Source: Paraspadella gotoi (taxonomy: Eukaryota; Animalia; Chaetognatha). Taken from it: a stretch of 64,000 nt of DNA. The notes below the pieces were generated by a model. That model had not been told where the DNA came from. It made no database searches and worked only from the letters and a program-made list of their open reading frames with translations. Position 1 is the first letter of the stretch. The number at the start of each line of letters is the position of its first letter. The stretch lies in assembly GCA_051294375.1 (NCBI GenBank), contig CM119269.1, forward strand, positions 3,266,026 through 3,330,025, read 5' to 3'. A program made the position numbers and the translations under genes. Below, one piece after another: positions 53,050 to 64,000 of this stretch.

Positions 53050-53946
53050 CGGCAGAAAGTTTGACGAATTTTGACGTTGACTTTGTTTTTTCTAGAGGAA
53101 AGGAAAGTGTGGCCGATGTGCGGGGGGTGGGTGACAAATTGTCGGCGTCAAACGCGACAGAGTTGCAAGACGTCGACCATCGATGTCCTCCTAATACCAA
53201 AACATTATGTTCTTCCTCCTTTTCCTGATTTTCTTTTTTCTTTCCGCTGAGGAGAATCGAGTGACCAAAGGATGTGACTCGAATGTGACGCTCCTTAACC
53301 CGGGATGTGATAGCGATCGTGAATTTCTAGTGAAAAGATTTTTTTTTTCTTCTCGCGTTTTGGTTGATTCTACTCTTGTCTGTATCAAAACCAAAACTGT
53401 ATAATTAACCAAAAAAAAAAACCACAGCGACAACAACGAACTAAGAAATAAATAAAAAAGAAAAGAGGAAATGTCTCGCTAATTTTTCGTTCCATTTTTC
53501 ATTAATTAATTTTCTTTTGTTTTCAAAAACCAAATCGAGATTCGTTCTTGTCGACGTCAAAAAGCCTCGAGGTTTCCAGAAAGTTAATGGCGGTCGTTTG
53601 TCAGCGAAACAAGAAATTTTACCCGAGAGAAATTCTTGATTTCTTTTTTTGCTTCAACTTCGAAATGAATTTTAATAATTCGAGGGTTTTCTAAACTTTG
53701 TTGTATTCCTCTGCAATGGCATGATTATTAAATTTTCTTTATTTATTGTGTTTTGATTATTCACATATTTTTTTTTGGAAAAGATTCTGCTGTTACATTA
53801 GAAAAATCTTGGACTCGCAATAGATGAAACCGGAAGGAGCCCAAAAGGACGGAAATTCCAAGTCGTATTTGTAACAAATCAAAAAAAGAAAAATCGCCTC
53901 TTTCTCTCTCTCTCTTCTCTCCCTCTCCTCTCCTCTTCTCTCTCTC

Positions 53947-54016
<70 letters not shown>

Positions 54017-54526
54017 CACCTTGCTCTTCTCAAATATGGTTTGAGTTACCTAAGAAAGCCGGAATTGCCCATTTTTTGATGTTCAATTAAATAATATCGC
54101 GGCATAAAGATGATCTCGATCTCTAACGTTTATTGGACGGATTTTATCCCGGACCGTGTGCACAAAATTATCTAGGTCAATCCCGTTACCCCAATCGTCG
54201 GTGAAAAGTGAAGTCCCCTTTAGCAGACCAGAGAGATGAAGCAGATAACGGAACCATTTTACCAAAGAAATAAACAACGGCACACACCCCCGATCCGGTG
54301 AATCCCGATGGGGGTTCTCATCTTCTCTCTCTCTCTCTCTTCTCTCTCCTCTCTCATCTTGCCTCTCTATCTATCTAACGTGCTCTCTCTCTCTCTCTCT
54401 CTGCTCGTTCTCCGCTCCCTCGTCGTCTTCAACTCATCTTCTCTCGGTGCTCCTTCCGAAACCCGTCGTCTGCCGTATCCGCCTCGCGTCATCCCTCCTC
54501 GCACGTAGCCTCTCTCCCGGTCTCCG
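53050..54526 (-). repeat. Inverted copy of ~43700-45133 / 51862-53024
   Basis: Starts cggcagaaagttt, whose reverse complement aaactttctgccg joins ttcaatttctacg (54527) as seen intact at 45121-45145. Confidence 0.95.
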
Positions 54527-55872
54527 TTCAATTTCTACGTTGACTGCTACTTCTTGTTCAGTATTTGTTGCGTGGCATTGAATATTAAATTATTACAATG
54601 TTTTCCACATTTCATTTCATTGTAATTTTTCTAACGAGTATAAGGATACCAATTGATCATAAATTTAACCTTATGCATTAGGTGGTTAATTATCCGTCTA
54701 CCAAGTCCTCGCGGTGCCAACGTTAAAAAAAACACCCCAATCCTATAACGAAATAGGATTTATATTTTAATATTTTATTTATATTTATTATAATTCAAAT
54801 AAATGCCCACACTGCAAAATGTTTTTAAAAAAGGCGCAGTCCTCCTGTTAGGCTCAAGCTCACTACTACATAATAAATCCCGCCGAGTTAATGTTTTACT
54901 CTCAGAAACTTCTCTTTATTTTCTTTTACAAGTTTGAAAGTTTTTTTTTTCACTCTCGGAGGTAATTTCTCCATTATTATAACCAGTTAGCCTAAAAAAT
55001 CTGGATTTATTTGAGCATTCTGTTCGTTGTTCTCACCCGAATGGCCCCAGAGTTCCTCACCCACATCACCATCAAACTCGTTCCCTCCTTCAGACTTTCC
55101 ATCGAAAAGAAAAAAAAAAGAAAAACAAATGCGATTGGATATAAAAAGCGGAAGTGGGATTTGGCGGCGACGGAGACCTTGTTGTCGTTGTTGTCGTTTT
55201 ATTCTTCTTTCACGACGCCGCCGCTGCCGCCGCTGCCGCCGCCTCAGCCGCCGAACGAGGTTGCGGCGCGCCAGCGGCTTCCTCTCTTTCCTCCGCCACT
55301 TCAGCTTTGTCTGCGGCCCACGCCCTTTCATAAATCTTCACTTCCCTAAACAATTATTAAAACAACAACAACAACAACAACAAAGACGTGAATTATGACT
55401 ATTTTTTGCGAGTGACGTTAGAAATATGTATCTCAGACTTCCAGAATGTTTAGAAAGCTCGGAAGAATAGGGATGACAACGACTGCAACATGGACGAAAT
55501 AATAAAGACGACGACGACGAATTCTACCAGAATTGTGACAATGATCAGACGATCTTTACGGCGACAACGACGACGACGACAACGACGACGACGACAGCGA
55601 CAACGAAAGGCGACGAGACAGACCATTCTGAGTTTTTTTTCCGTCGAATAAATCTTATCAACAAATCCTTTCACGAATACATTGAAGAGGGCGTTGAACG
55701 AGGATTTTTATCTTATCCTACGGAACGAAATAGTACTAGTTATTTTAAAAATTAAAACCACAATTTTATCATTTTTTTTCTTATTGTTTTTTATTATTTA
55801 CTTAAAGAAGTTCCGTGGTCGGAACGGCGAAAGAGGCGCCGCCTGTCGAGCTGAGATTTACGAGCGAAGGAG

Positions 55873-55944
55873 ATGTTTGTGATGGCGCCGATGAGATTTT
55901 ATTCCGGGTGGTTAATAGACTTTATGTGTGGCGAGATAAAAACG
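55873..55944 (+). CDS. NAV: Candidate short alternative first coding exon of neuron navigator
   Basis: MFVMAPMRFYSGWLIDFMCGEIKT then ACG|GTGAGG donor, phase 0, 248-nt intron to the CH exon; TATAAAAAG at ~55140 upstream. Confidence 0.4.
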
Positions 55945-56192
55945 GTGAGGAAAAAAAAACACTGCCGAGTGAAATATGACCTCTTACACACAAATAGTTA
56001 AAAATCCCGAGAGAAAATCAATCTTAAGCGACTTTCTTTGCAATTTCATTCAACAGTTTCAATCATTCAACCAGAGAATTGTTAAAAATGATTAAATGAA
56101 TATTATACATTTTATTATGCATTTTAAACAACCGATCAATGAACCAAAGTTCCATGTAATTTTAATGATCGTTTTCATTTCCTTTCCTCCAG

Positions 56193-56313
56193 ATCTACAC
56201 CGACTGGGCGAATCATTACTTGGAAAAGTCGGGCAAATACAAACGCGTCGTCCGCGACCTTCAGGCCGACATCAGCGACGGAACTCTCTTGGCCGACATC
56301 ATCGACGCCGTCA
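56193..56313 (+). CDS. NAV: Neuron navigator (NAV2/3, unc-53, sickie) calponin-homology domain, first exon
   Basis: cctccag|IYTDWANHYLEKSGKYKRVVRDLQADISDGTLLADIIDAV|gtaagt; IYTDWANHYL is the hallmark start of the NAV CH domain. Confidence 0.93.
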
Positions 56314-57361
56314 GTAAGTACAGCGTCATTTCAGAAGAGAAGGTATATTGTGTTAGTGGAATTACGCACACTTAATCAAAAGTATCCGCAGTCTTTATTT
56401 CTTTCTCTCTCTCTTTCTTTCTTTCTTTCTCTCTCCCTGTCTCCCTCTCTCTCTCTCACTTTCTCCCTTTTATTTCTTTCTTTGTCTTTAAAATTTTGTT
56501 ACAAGATTGCACTAAGCTTCTTGTTTGTCGTTAAGCCAAACGAAAAAAAAAACATTAGAACAAGTTAATATTTATAAATGTTTTTAATTTGCTACCGCCG
56601 CTTACTGTTTGATGAGAAGAATTACTAACTCAATACTAACTAAATAATAGTTGTTTAAATCTCAGAAGTAAATCGAACGGTTGATTTTAAAAGAAATATA
56701 TATTAAAAAGGAATCGATAATTAAGACATTATATGCTGATAGTTTTTTTCCATGATACATGTTAAAACATTTTGGAAAAAATACTATTAGCAATAAATTG
56801 AAATTAAAAATATCTGGATAAATTAATGCTTGTTCCTAAAAGATTGTCACTCTAAAAAAATATTTTTTAAGCCATAATTTTTGAACGATTCAATTTGTTT
56901 GTTGACCATGTAGATTCATCTCTTGCAAAACGGTTCCATGTTAATGGCGAACTTGTTTGCTAAGTGGCGACTATTGGACTAGTTGTGCCAAAAAAATGTT
57001 TATATTTTCCGTCGTGGTTTGACCAATGGCCCATCTTCGTATGAGAACCAGCTTGATACGAGGATGCGGCGAAATAAAAAAACAATCCAACAAAAAAAAG
57101 ACTAAAAAATAATAAAAGTTGAAATAACTGAGTTACTTTTTTCTAGTTTTTTTCATAATCAAACAATGGGATTAGGAGAATATATGTTTATTTCATGCTT
57201 TTGAGGTTTTTTGTATTCAATTGTTGGGGTAAAGTAAAACTTTAAGCTAATTTATACAAAAATTCTAAAAATGTAACCGGAAAAAAATAACAATCTGGTA
57301 CGGTATAAGCAATAAGTATGCTTTTTTAAAAAGAAATATATTACGACGAAAAAAAAAGTAT

Positions 57362-57548
57362 TTTTGTCGAGCAGCTGCCTCAACCACCTTCACTCATTGA
57401 CTAGCAACTGCCGCACCCTTCTTAGCTCTTTGACGAGCAGCTACTGCAACCTTTTTCACTTCTTGACGAGCAAATGTTGCAACTTTCTTCACTCCTTGAC
57501 GGGCAGCTGCTGCAACCTTTTTCACTCCTTGACAAGCAACTGCCGCAC
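57362..57548 (-). repeat. 33-bp tandem repeat (~5.5 units), probably encoding an 11-mer repeat
   Basis: Units like GTTGCAGCAGCTGCCCGTCAAGGAGTGAAGAAA = VAAAARQGVKK. Confidence 0.85.
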
Positions 57549-60500
57549 GCCCTTGACCATCTTCCTCATAAGTGTGGGCGAGTTGGAGACGCAGGCGGGC
57601 GGGGAGTAGCTTGTCGGCGCCACCGCCGCGTCGAAGAAGGTCTTGGAGGCGGGATCCTTCTTCCACTCTTCCCAAGGGTCGAACCCTTCGAGGACGGCCT
57701 TCTCCGTGATCTGGGCCAATCGGCGGATGACCTGAACGAAGATTAAGATGGTTTTTAGGGAAAGAAAATTAAGTATTTGTCTCTTGACGTGAAAAAAAAC
57801 TGATTGAATAAAGAAAAAAAAATTAATAAACTAACAAATAAATAAGCTTCGAAATAAAATAAGAAATTAAACAATAAATAAATAAATAACTAAAGGAAAT
57901 CAGAAACAAACTAACGAGAGAATGAACTTCTAAAGAAATTAGCGAATCAACGGAAAAATAACAATGAAAGAGTGAACGACTAAATCAATGAAGGACTGAA
58001 AGACTTAAAGAAAGAAAGACTGAAGGACTAAAAGAATGAAAGACTGAACGACTAAAAGAATGAAAGACTAAATGACTAAATCAATGAAAGACTGAACGAC
58101 TAAAAGAATGAAAGACTGAACGACTAAAAGAATAAAAGACTGAAGGACTAAAAGAATGAAAGACTGAACGATTAAAAGAAAGAAAGACTGAAGGTCAAAA
58201 AGAATGAAAGACTGAACGATTAAAAGAATGAAAGACTGAACAACTAAAAGAAAGAAAGACTGAAGGACTAAAAGAATGAAAGACTGAACGACTAAAAGAA
58301 TGAAAGACTGAAGGACTAAAAGAATGAAAGACTGAACGACTAAAAGAATGAAAGGGCTCACCTCCAAGTTTTGAACTCTCTTCTCCCAGTTGAATCGTTG
58401 TTGTTGTTTTTCCGATTCGATGAGAAGGTCGATGTGTTGAACCGAAGTCAGCGGATTCGGGCGGAGGGCGATTTCTTTCAGTTCGTTGTTCGCCTGAGGA
58501 TCGAAAGTTCGTCAAGTCGATCGATCCATCGATCCCAGGGAAAATAAACAAAGGAACAACAGAGGATGATAACAAATAAACAAGAATAGCTTGACAGCGT
58601 TCTATGTATTAATCGGCATTTGTAAAGAGCAGATTTTGATGCTTATTTGTTTAGCATCATTTTGAGTAAAAAAACGCGTGTATCAAATCTATAAAAATGG
58701 TTGTATCCGGTCAAACGGATTAAAAGACCCAAATTTAATCGTCTTCTGCAAATTAATAAATTCTAAGAACAAATGGGATTGAATCGACAATAGAAATTCA
58801 GATGCACAAAAAAAGTTTTAATTAAGGACAGTACTAAAAATTGAAATGAGACTCACTCACCTTTCGTATGCTGTCTATCGTCTCCAACACTTTCCTCTGT
58901 ATCGTTTCGAACTCGATCCTGATTTGATTCATGAGTTTCTCCGCGTTCATCTTCCCCGAGATGGCGTTCTGGTATTTGTCGCGCATCTCCGAGTATTCCT
59001 TCTCCACCGTGATCTCGTCGTGCACGATCCTGTAGCCGACGTTGTGATGGACAGACCAGTGACACTTACCCGCGCAGATGCGGCAGTTGCCTGGGTGAGG
59101 ATTGGAGGGCAAGTTTCATTGAGAGTGTTTGACTAAGTTCGTTTGAGAAATGCGTGTCTAACATAAATTATATATTTTTGATTGGTTGATTTATTTTTAG
59201 TATATTTTTTTTCGGTATATATTTTTTGGTATATGTCTTGTTGGTTTTTCTTTCCTTTCGTTGGTTATTTGAATTAGGAGAAAAATCTTTTGTCACAACG
59301 AATTTTATTGATAAAAACATATATTTTATTTTTTCTCTCTTTCAGTCTTTAATTCATTGTTTGTTTGTTTATTTCTTTGTTTTTTCTTTCTTGTTTCTTT
59401 GTTTCTTTCTCTGTGTCTTTCTTTCTTTTCTTTCTTTCTTTCTTTCTTTCTTTCTTTTCTTTCTTTTTTCTTCTTTCTTTCTTTCTTCTTTCTTCTTTCT
59501 TCCTTTCTTTCTTTCTTTCTCTCCTCTCCCCCTTTCCCCCCTTCACCCTCTGGATCCATGGCGGCGGCAACTGAGACTTCTCCTCGTCCTTGGGAGTGAC
59601 AGGGAAAGTGACACGTGTTGTTGCAAGTGAGACAGTTGGTGTCGTAGCCCGACTTGTACGACTCTTTCCTCATTCTTGATCTCCGTCGCTTTTGTACTTG
59701 AAGTCTTTTTGTCGTTGATCATTGAGTTGTTGCGTTGGACGATGTCCCACTCTTGCTTTGCACGTCGTTCAGCTTGGCCAATCCTCGCCGGGTTTCCTGC
59801 GGAGAGAGGGTGGCGGGGTGGTGGAGGTGAAATGGTGTTCATCGGGGATGGTGGGTGGCGGGTGAGAGGAGGATCGAGGAAAAAAGAAGATTGGATTTGT
59901 TATCCGACCGAAGAAGAAAAAAAAAAAACTTTTTAAAAGAAAACTTTTTAAAATTAACAAAACAGGCGGCCGCTTTGAGGAAAAGACCAAGAAAAACAAG
60001 TTCGGACTACAAAATTGAATGATTTAAAAAAAAAAAGAAAAAATATATTTTGGATGAAAACTATAATAAGAAATTAACTTTTGAATTAAAAGTTTTTTTT
60101 AATGTGGCGCGCCCACCATTCTTCTAAAAATATTAATCAAATGTAAAAAAAGGCAACTTGAAACAACTATAAACAAAAGGCAAACGTGTTTTTAAAAAAT
60201 AGCGTTGCTTCATTTTAAAAAAAATTGCTTACCTGTTGCAAAGCCTCGACGTCTGCTTGCAGTGACGTCCGCCGATTCAAGACGCTTTGCGTCAAGGTGA
60301 GACTCTTCGGGTCATCGTGTTCAGAGTGTTGAAAGAGATCCTCCATCGAGGCCATCCCCATGTTCCAGAACATCTGCGAGGGAAAGAGGATTGCAGTTTG
60401 ACAGTTAAATGGAGCAGCTTGAACTGCGGCAGCGCCAATCGATTCCCTCGTCCAACTACCTCGTCGATGAACTTGTTGTGGACGTCGTCGTTGTTGGAGG

Positions 60501-62346
60501 CGTAAAGAGCCGAGTTGTTCATCTTGCAGAAGAGTTTGCAGGGAATCTCCGCCTTCTCCATGGCGGCGATGGCGGGTGGGCGTTGCCCGTCGGCGAAAGT
60601 GAACAGCACCATGAAATTCTCGCCGATGTCTTTGCCGAACATGGAGAGAATGGCGTTGAAGACGTAGAGCTGAGTGGATGAGGAGGAGGTGAAAGAAAGA
60701 AAGAAGAGGATGAAAGTGAAAGAATGAAAGAGAAGGATAGAGGCAAATAGAGAAAGAGGGAAAGAGGAAGAAAGTCATAAAGTGAAAGAAGTTAATTGAG
60801 GGAAAAAAATTTACAGATTTATTGTTTATACAGAATTTTGCATTCATTATAATTCTTGTCGCTTGACTCTAACCATACTATGTCAGGATAAATCATTAAA
60901 ATAAATATTATGAAATAAATAATAAAAGTGGGTAATTTCATTTTTTTAGAAAAAAAAGTTTATTTGTTTATTTACAACGATTTTTATTTCACAATTTCAT
61001 TTCTATAACTTAATTCCAACGATCCAAACCGGCGTCCCCTCACCTGCGACGGCGTCAATCTGGCGTTGGACGCCGGAATGACGAAGCAGACGGCGTCGAC
61101 GTGATCGATGCCGGTTTTGCCTTCGAAGAAGCAGCGGACCTGTTGCTCCAACTCTCGGTCGCGGGCGATGCCTTCAGTGTCGCCGAAGCCTTTGGGAGGA
61201 AGGAGGGAGGAGAATGAGAAGTTGAAGGGTGAGGATTGGTGGGGTAGAGGCCGGGTAGGTGAGGAAAGGAAGAGACAGAGAAGAGGACGGGTTAAAAAAT
61301 TTGGAAACTGTTTTAAATATGGGATGACGAAGGAAAGCTCATATTACGTCTTCCGAAGGACGTATATTTCGATCTCGAATTTCCAATTGTTTTGATAAAC
61401 ATCGGCAACAGTNNNNNNNNNNNNNNNNNNNNNNNNNCTCTATGAAAAACTTAATGCAAATTTCCCTCGGCGATCAGTCATGCAAATCGAAGACACGATC
61501 GCACCATCGCGTCGCGTTGCACCTGGTTTTGCAATTTCCGCTTCGCGATACCGGAGATTTTAAACGTCGCCAATCCCGACCCCTCTTTACGCCGTTATGT
61601 CGGCGCTCTGGTCCCGCAGTCAAGGCGCCTTTTAACGTTACGAGCTCGTCTCTCAGCGCCGCGGTGTCGGAAAATATCACGGCAAAATCTCCGCTCGGAG
61701 TTTTATTTAGCGCTTTTAGTATAATGATGAAGATTTTAGTATAATGATGAAGATTTTAGTATAATGATGAAGATTTTAGTATAATGATGAAGATTTAGTT
61801 AATGATGAAGATTTTAGTATAATGATGAAGATTTTAGTATAATGATGAAGATTTTAGTATAATGATGAAGATTTTAGTATAATGATGAATATTTTAGTAT
61901 AATGATAGATTTTGTATAATGATGAAGATTTTAGTATAATGATGAAGATTTTAGTATAATATGAAGATTTTTAGTATAATGATGAATATTTTTGTATAAT
62001 GATGAAATTTTAGATAATTGATGAGATTTAGTAATAATGATGAAGATTTTAGTTAATGATGAATATTTTAGTATAATGATGAAGATTTTAGTATAATGAG
62101 AAGATTTTAGTATAATGATGAAGATTTTAGTATAATGATGAAGATTTCATCCGATGCGCATCTGGACGTCACAACGCGAACGCAATTCCCATTTTTTTCG
62201 TCTCTGTTTTTAATCCGTGGAGATTATATTTTAATCGATGATTACTTCTTCGTTTTCTCGTAATTAAATCTTGTCTGACGGGAAAAAAAATGCCGATAAC
62301 AATGGCTAGACTGACTGTACAATGTGACACATTAATCCTCTCTCTC

Positions 62347-62408
<62 letters not shown>

Positions 62409-63827
62409 TCAAAGGTGGTTATTTTAGACCGTCCTGATATACTGCATTGGGAAACAACCAAATATAAAATTTATGAAAACATAACAAAACCGAGACAAAA
62501 CGTGAGCAACAAACAACAAAGAGAAACCAAAAACCGACAACTATATTTCAATTAACAACAGTAAAAAAAAACAAAAAACAAAAACAAACAAACAAAAGAA
62601 AGAAGGATAAAAGCGAGGCGCTCTCACCCGGCGTGTCGACGACGATGAGTCCGTGATTGAGTTTATTGATTTCCTCGCAAAAAGGGAATCGATAAGCGGA
62701 GATGTAACGAGTCTGCGACGAAGACTGATCGCCCACCTTCTCGTTGTTCTGCTCCTTCGCGTTCTCGGAGATCAGTTTAAAGCTGGAGAGAGCAAGAACG
62801 GTAATTCAATGCGGTGACTTTCTCAGCCCGTCTTTTCTTCTTGATAGTTTTAGGATTTCCCGAAGGCGGCGCTAGCAGTCCCTTAGATTTTAGGTTTTTA
62901 TTTCTGTCTTAACAAATGAGCAACTAACTATAAGCGAATTATATGCATTTTTAACTTAAGTGGGACAGACATACCGACCGACATACCCACAGACCGACCG
63001 ACCGTAAAGCAACTAAAAATGGGGTTAGAGATAAGAAGTAGATAGCGTGAGATTAGATGTAATAGGGTTAGTAGGAAATGGAAGCCGGAAAGGTGAGAAT
63101 GCATTAAAGGAGAGATTGAAGTAGAAGTGAAAAGGTAGCGCTAAAAAGTCACAGAGGGAAAATGGGGTTCACAGTCTCACCGGAAATTGTCGTTCCAGTT
63201 GACGCCGCAGACGAAATTAGCCAATCCGTTGATCAAAGTGGTTTTGCCGGCGCCGGTTTCACCCACGACCAGAATCACCTACGTGTAATTGGGGGGGGGG
63301 CTGGTTAATTTAATTAAGGTTTTTATTTTAAATAGATTTTAGTGAACAATTCATCACTAAAATCTTCCGCGTGAACTATCAAGCCGTTAGAGCAATACTT
63401 TAATCATTGAGAATGCGCGAAGGACAAGCGCGGCGAGCTTCCTTGGCAAAGAGCCGGAACTTGAAAGATTTCACGTGAATGAATAACATTTTTTTTTTAA
63501 TTTGCAGTTATTTCTAAACGAGAAATAAGAAAGTGAGGTAAGGTAAACTGAGAGAAAAATAGATTTTACCAATTAAAGACCAAAGCTACACGTTTTAAAC
63601 TTTATTTTAATTCAATGAATAAATAAATAAATCAATCAATCAATCAATCAATCACGTTCCCACCAACCTTCTCCTCAACGGCGAGGTTGTCCACTTTCTT
63701 GATCTGCGGGAGACAAACGTCCAAGACTCTGATCTTCGCGAATCCCTCTTCGTTCTCGAAAGTCTGGAAAGTCGGGAGGTTGAAGACCATCGGGTCCTCG
63801 CCCGAAGTCTCGTCCGGCTGACAGTAC
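57522..63827 (-). CDS. Septin/AIG1-like TRAFAC P-loop GTPase with Cys/His-rich and coiled-coil C-terminal region; 10 exons seen, 5' end outside window
   Basis: Exons 63668-63827, 63181-63278 ([18 protein letters not shown]), 62628-62782 (FKLI..SQT..VVDTPG), 61044-61189 ([23 protein letters not shown]), 60460-60669 ([21 protein letters not shown]), 60233-60373 (MFWNMG..KSLTLT), 59547-59796 ([14 protein letters not shown], has indels), 58861-59090 ([15 protein letters not shown]), 58362-58493 ([19 protein letters not shown]), 57522-57731; GT-AG boundaries with compatible phases. Confidence 0.9.
57965..58353. repeat. 24-bp intronic minisatellite (ACTAAAAGAATGAAAGACTGAACG)n, ~16 units; noisy copy ~49180-49575
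   Basis: Direct inspection; yields the (VVQSFILL)n ORF on the minus strand. Confidence 0.93.
61714..62147. repeat. 20-bp intronic minisatellite (ATAATGATGAAGATTTTAGT)n, ~21 units
   Basis: Direct inspection; no unique spacers. Confidence 0.95.
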
Positions 63828-63931
63828 CTGAGGTCGGGCGGGGGGTCATGGGTAAAGGATAAAATTGGACTGGTTCAGTTAAGGAAGTTGTGATGTATGT
63901 ATTACTTAAAGAAAGGAGTGCGCAGTGCGGG

Positions 63932-63933
<2 letters not shown>

Positions 63934-64000
<67 letters not shown>
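63934..64000. repeat. (AG)n microsatellite, representative of many AG/CT tracts (e.g. 995-1180, 5382-5455, 20362-20560, 34720-34790, 53947-54012, 62338-62404)
   Basis: Direct inspection. Confidence 0.98.

Noticed and set aside
773-54015. Numerous long ORFs rich in SL, ER, FL or KR (e.g. 773..1297, 17985..18671, 33674..34171, 35371..35874, 36245..36940)
   Set aside because: Translations of microsatellites and minisatellites that lack stop codons by composition
57965-62147. CRISPR-like arrays (24-bp and 20-bp repeats; also the 10-bp array at 36300)
   Set aside because: Head-to-tail units without unique spacers, no cas genes, and a eukaryotic intronic or intergenic context
62950-63010. GACA/GACC short repeats resembling the microsatellite of DINE-1/Helentron-type elements
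   Set aside because: Too short, and no subterminal inverted repeat or hairpin was identified

Overview
Intron-rich animal (invertebrate-like) genomic DNA, dense in (AG)n/(CT)n, (GAC)n and other simple repeats, with long-read-type indel noise and seven N spacers (six of exactly 25 N). Only about 34-35 kb of the 64 kb is unique. A ~9 kb block occurs three times (10960-19973 forward; 20884-29920 and 34160-42800 inverted). Two smaller blocks are mirrored across gaps, and ~8 kb is directly duplicated. The junctions indicate that blocks following 25-N gaps were inserted reverse-complemented, an assembly artefact. Undoing this restores a split first coding exon of a neuron navigator (NAV/unc-53/sickie) gene that splices in frame to its CH-domain exon (56193-56313). 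Other genes: (1) a partial fibrillar-type collagen (+, ~2.8-10.1 kb); (2) an unrecognised signal-peptide, furin-site-rich secreted precursor, reconstructable from its three noisy copies, with a CRE+TATA candidate promoter; (3) a septin/AIG1-like P-loop GTPase gene with 10 visible exons (-, 57.4-63.8 kb), apparently nested antisense in a NAV intron, with a probable cationic 11-mer amphipathic C-terminal tail. No rRNA, tRNA, CRISPR or transposase could be supported. All family calls are from motif recognition by eye; no database search was run.
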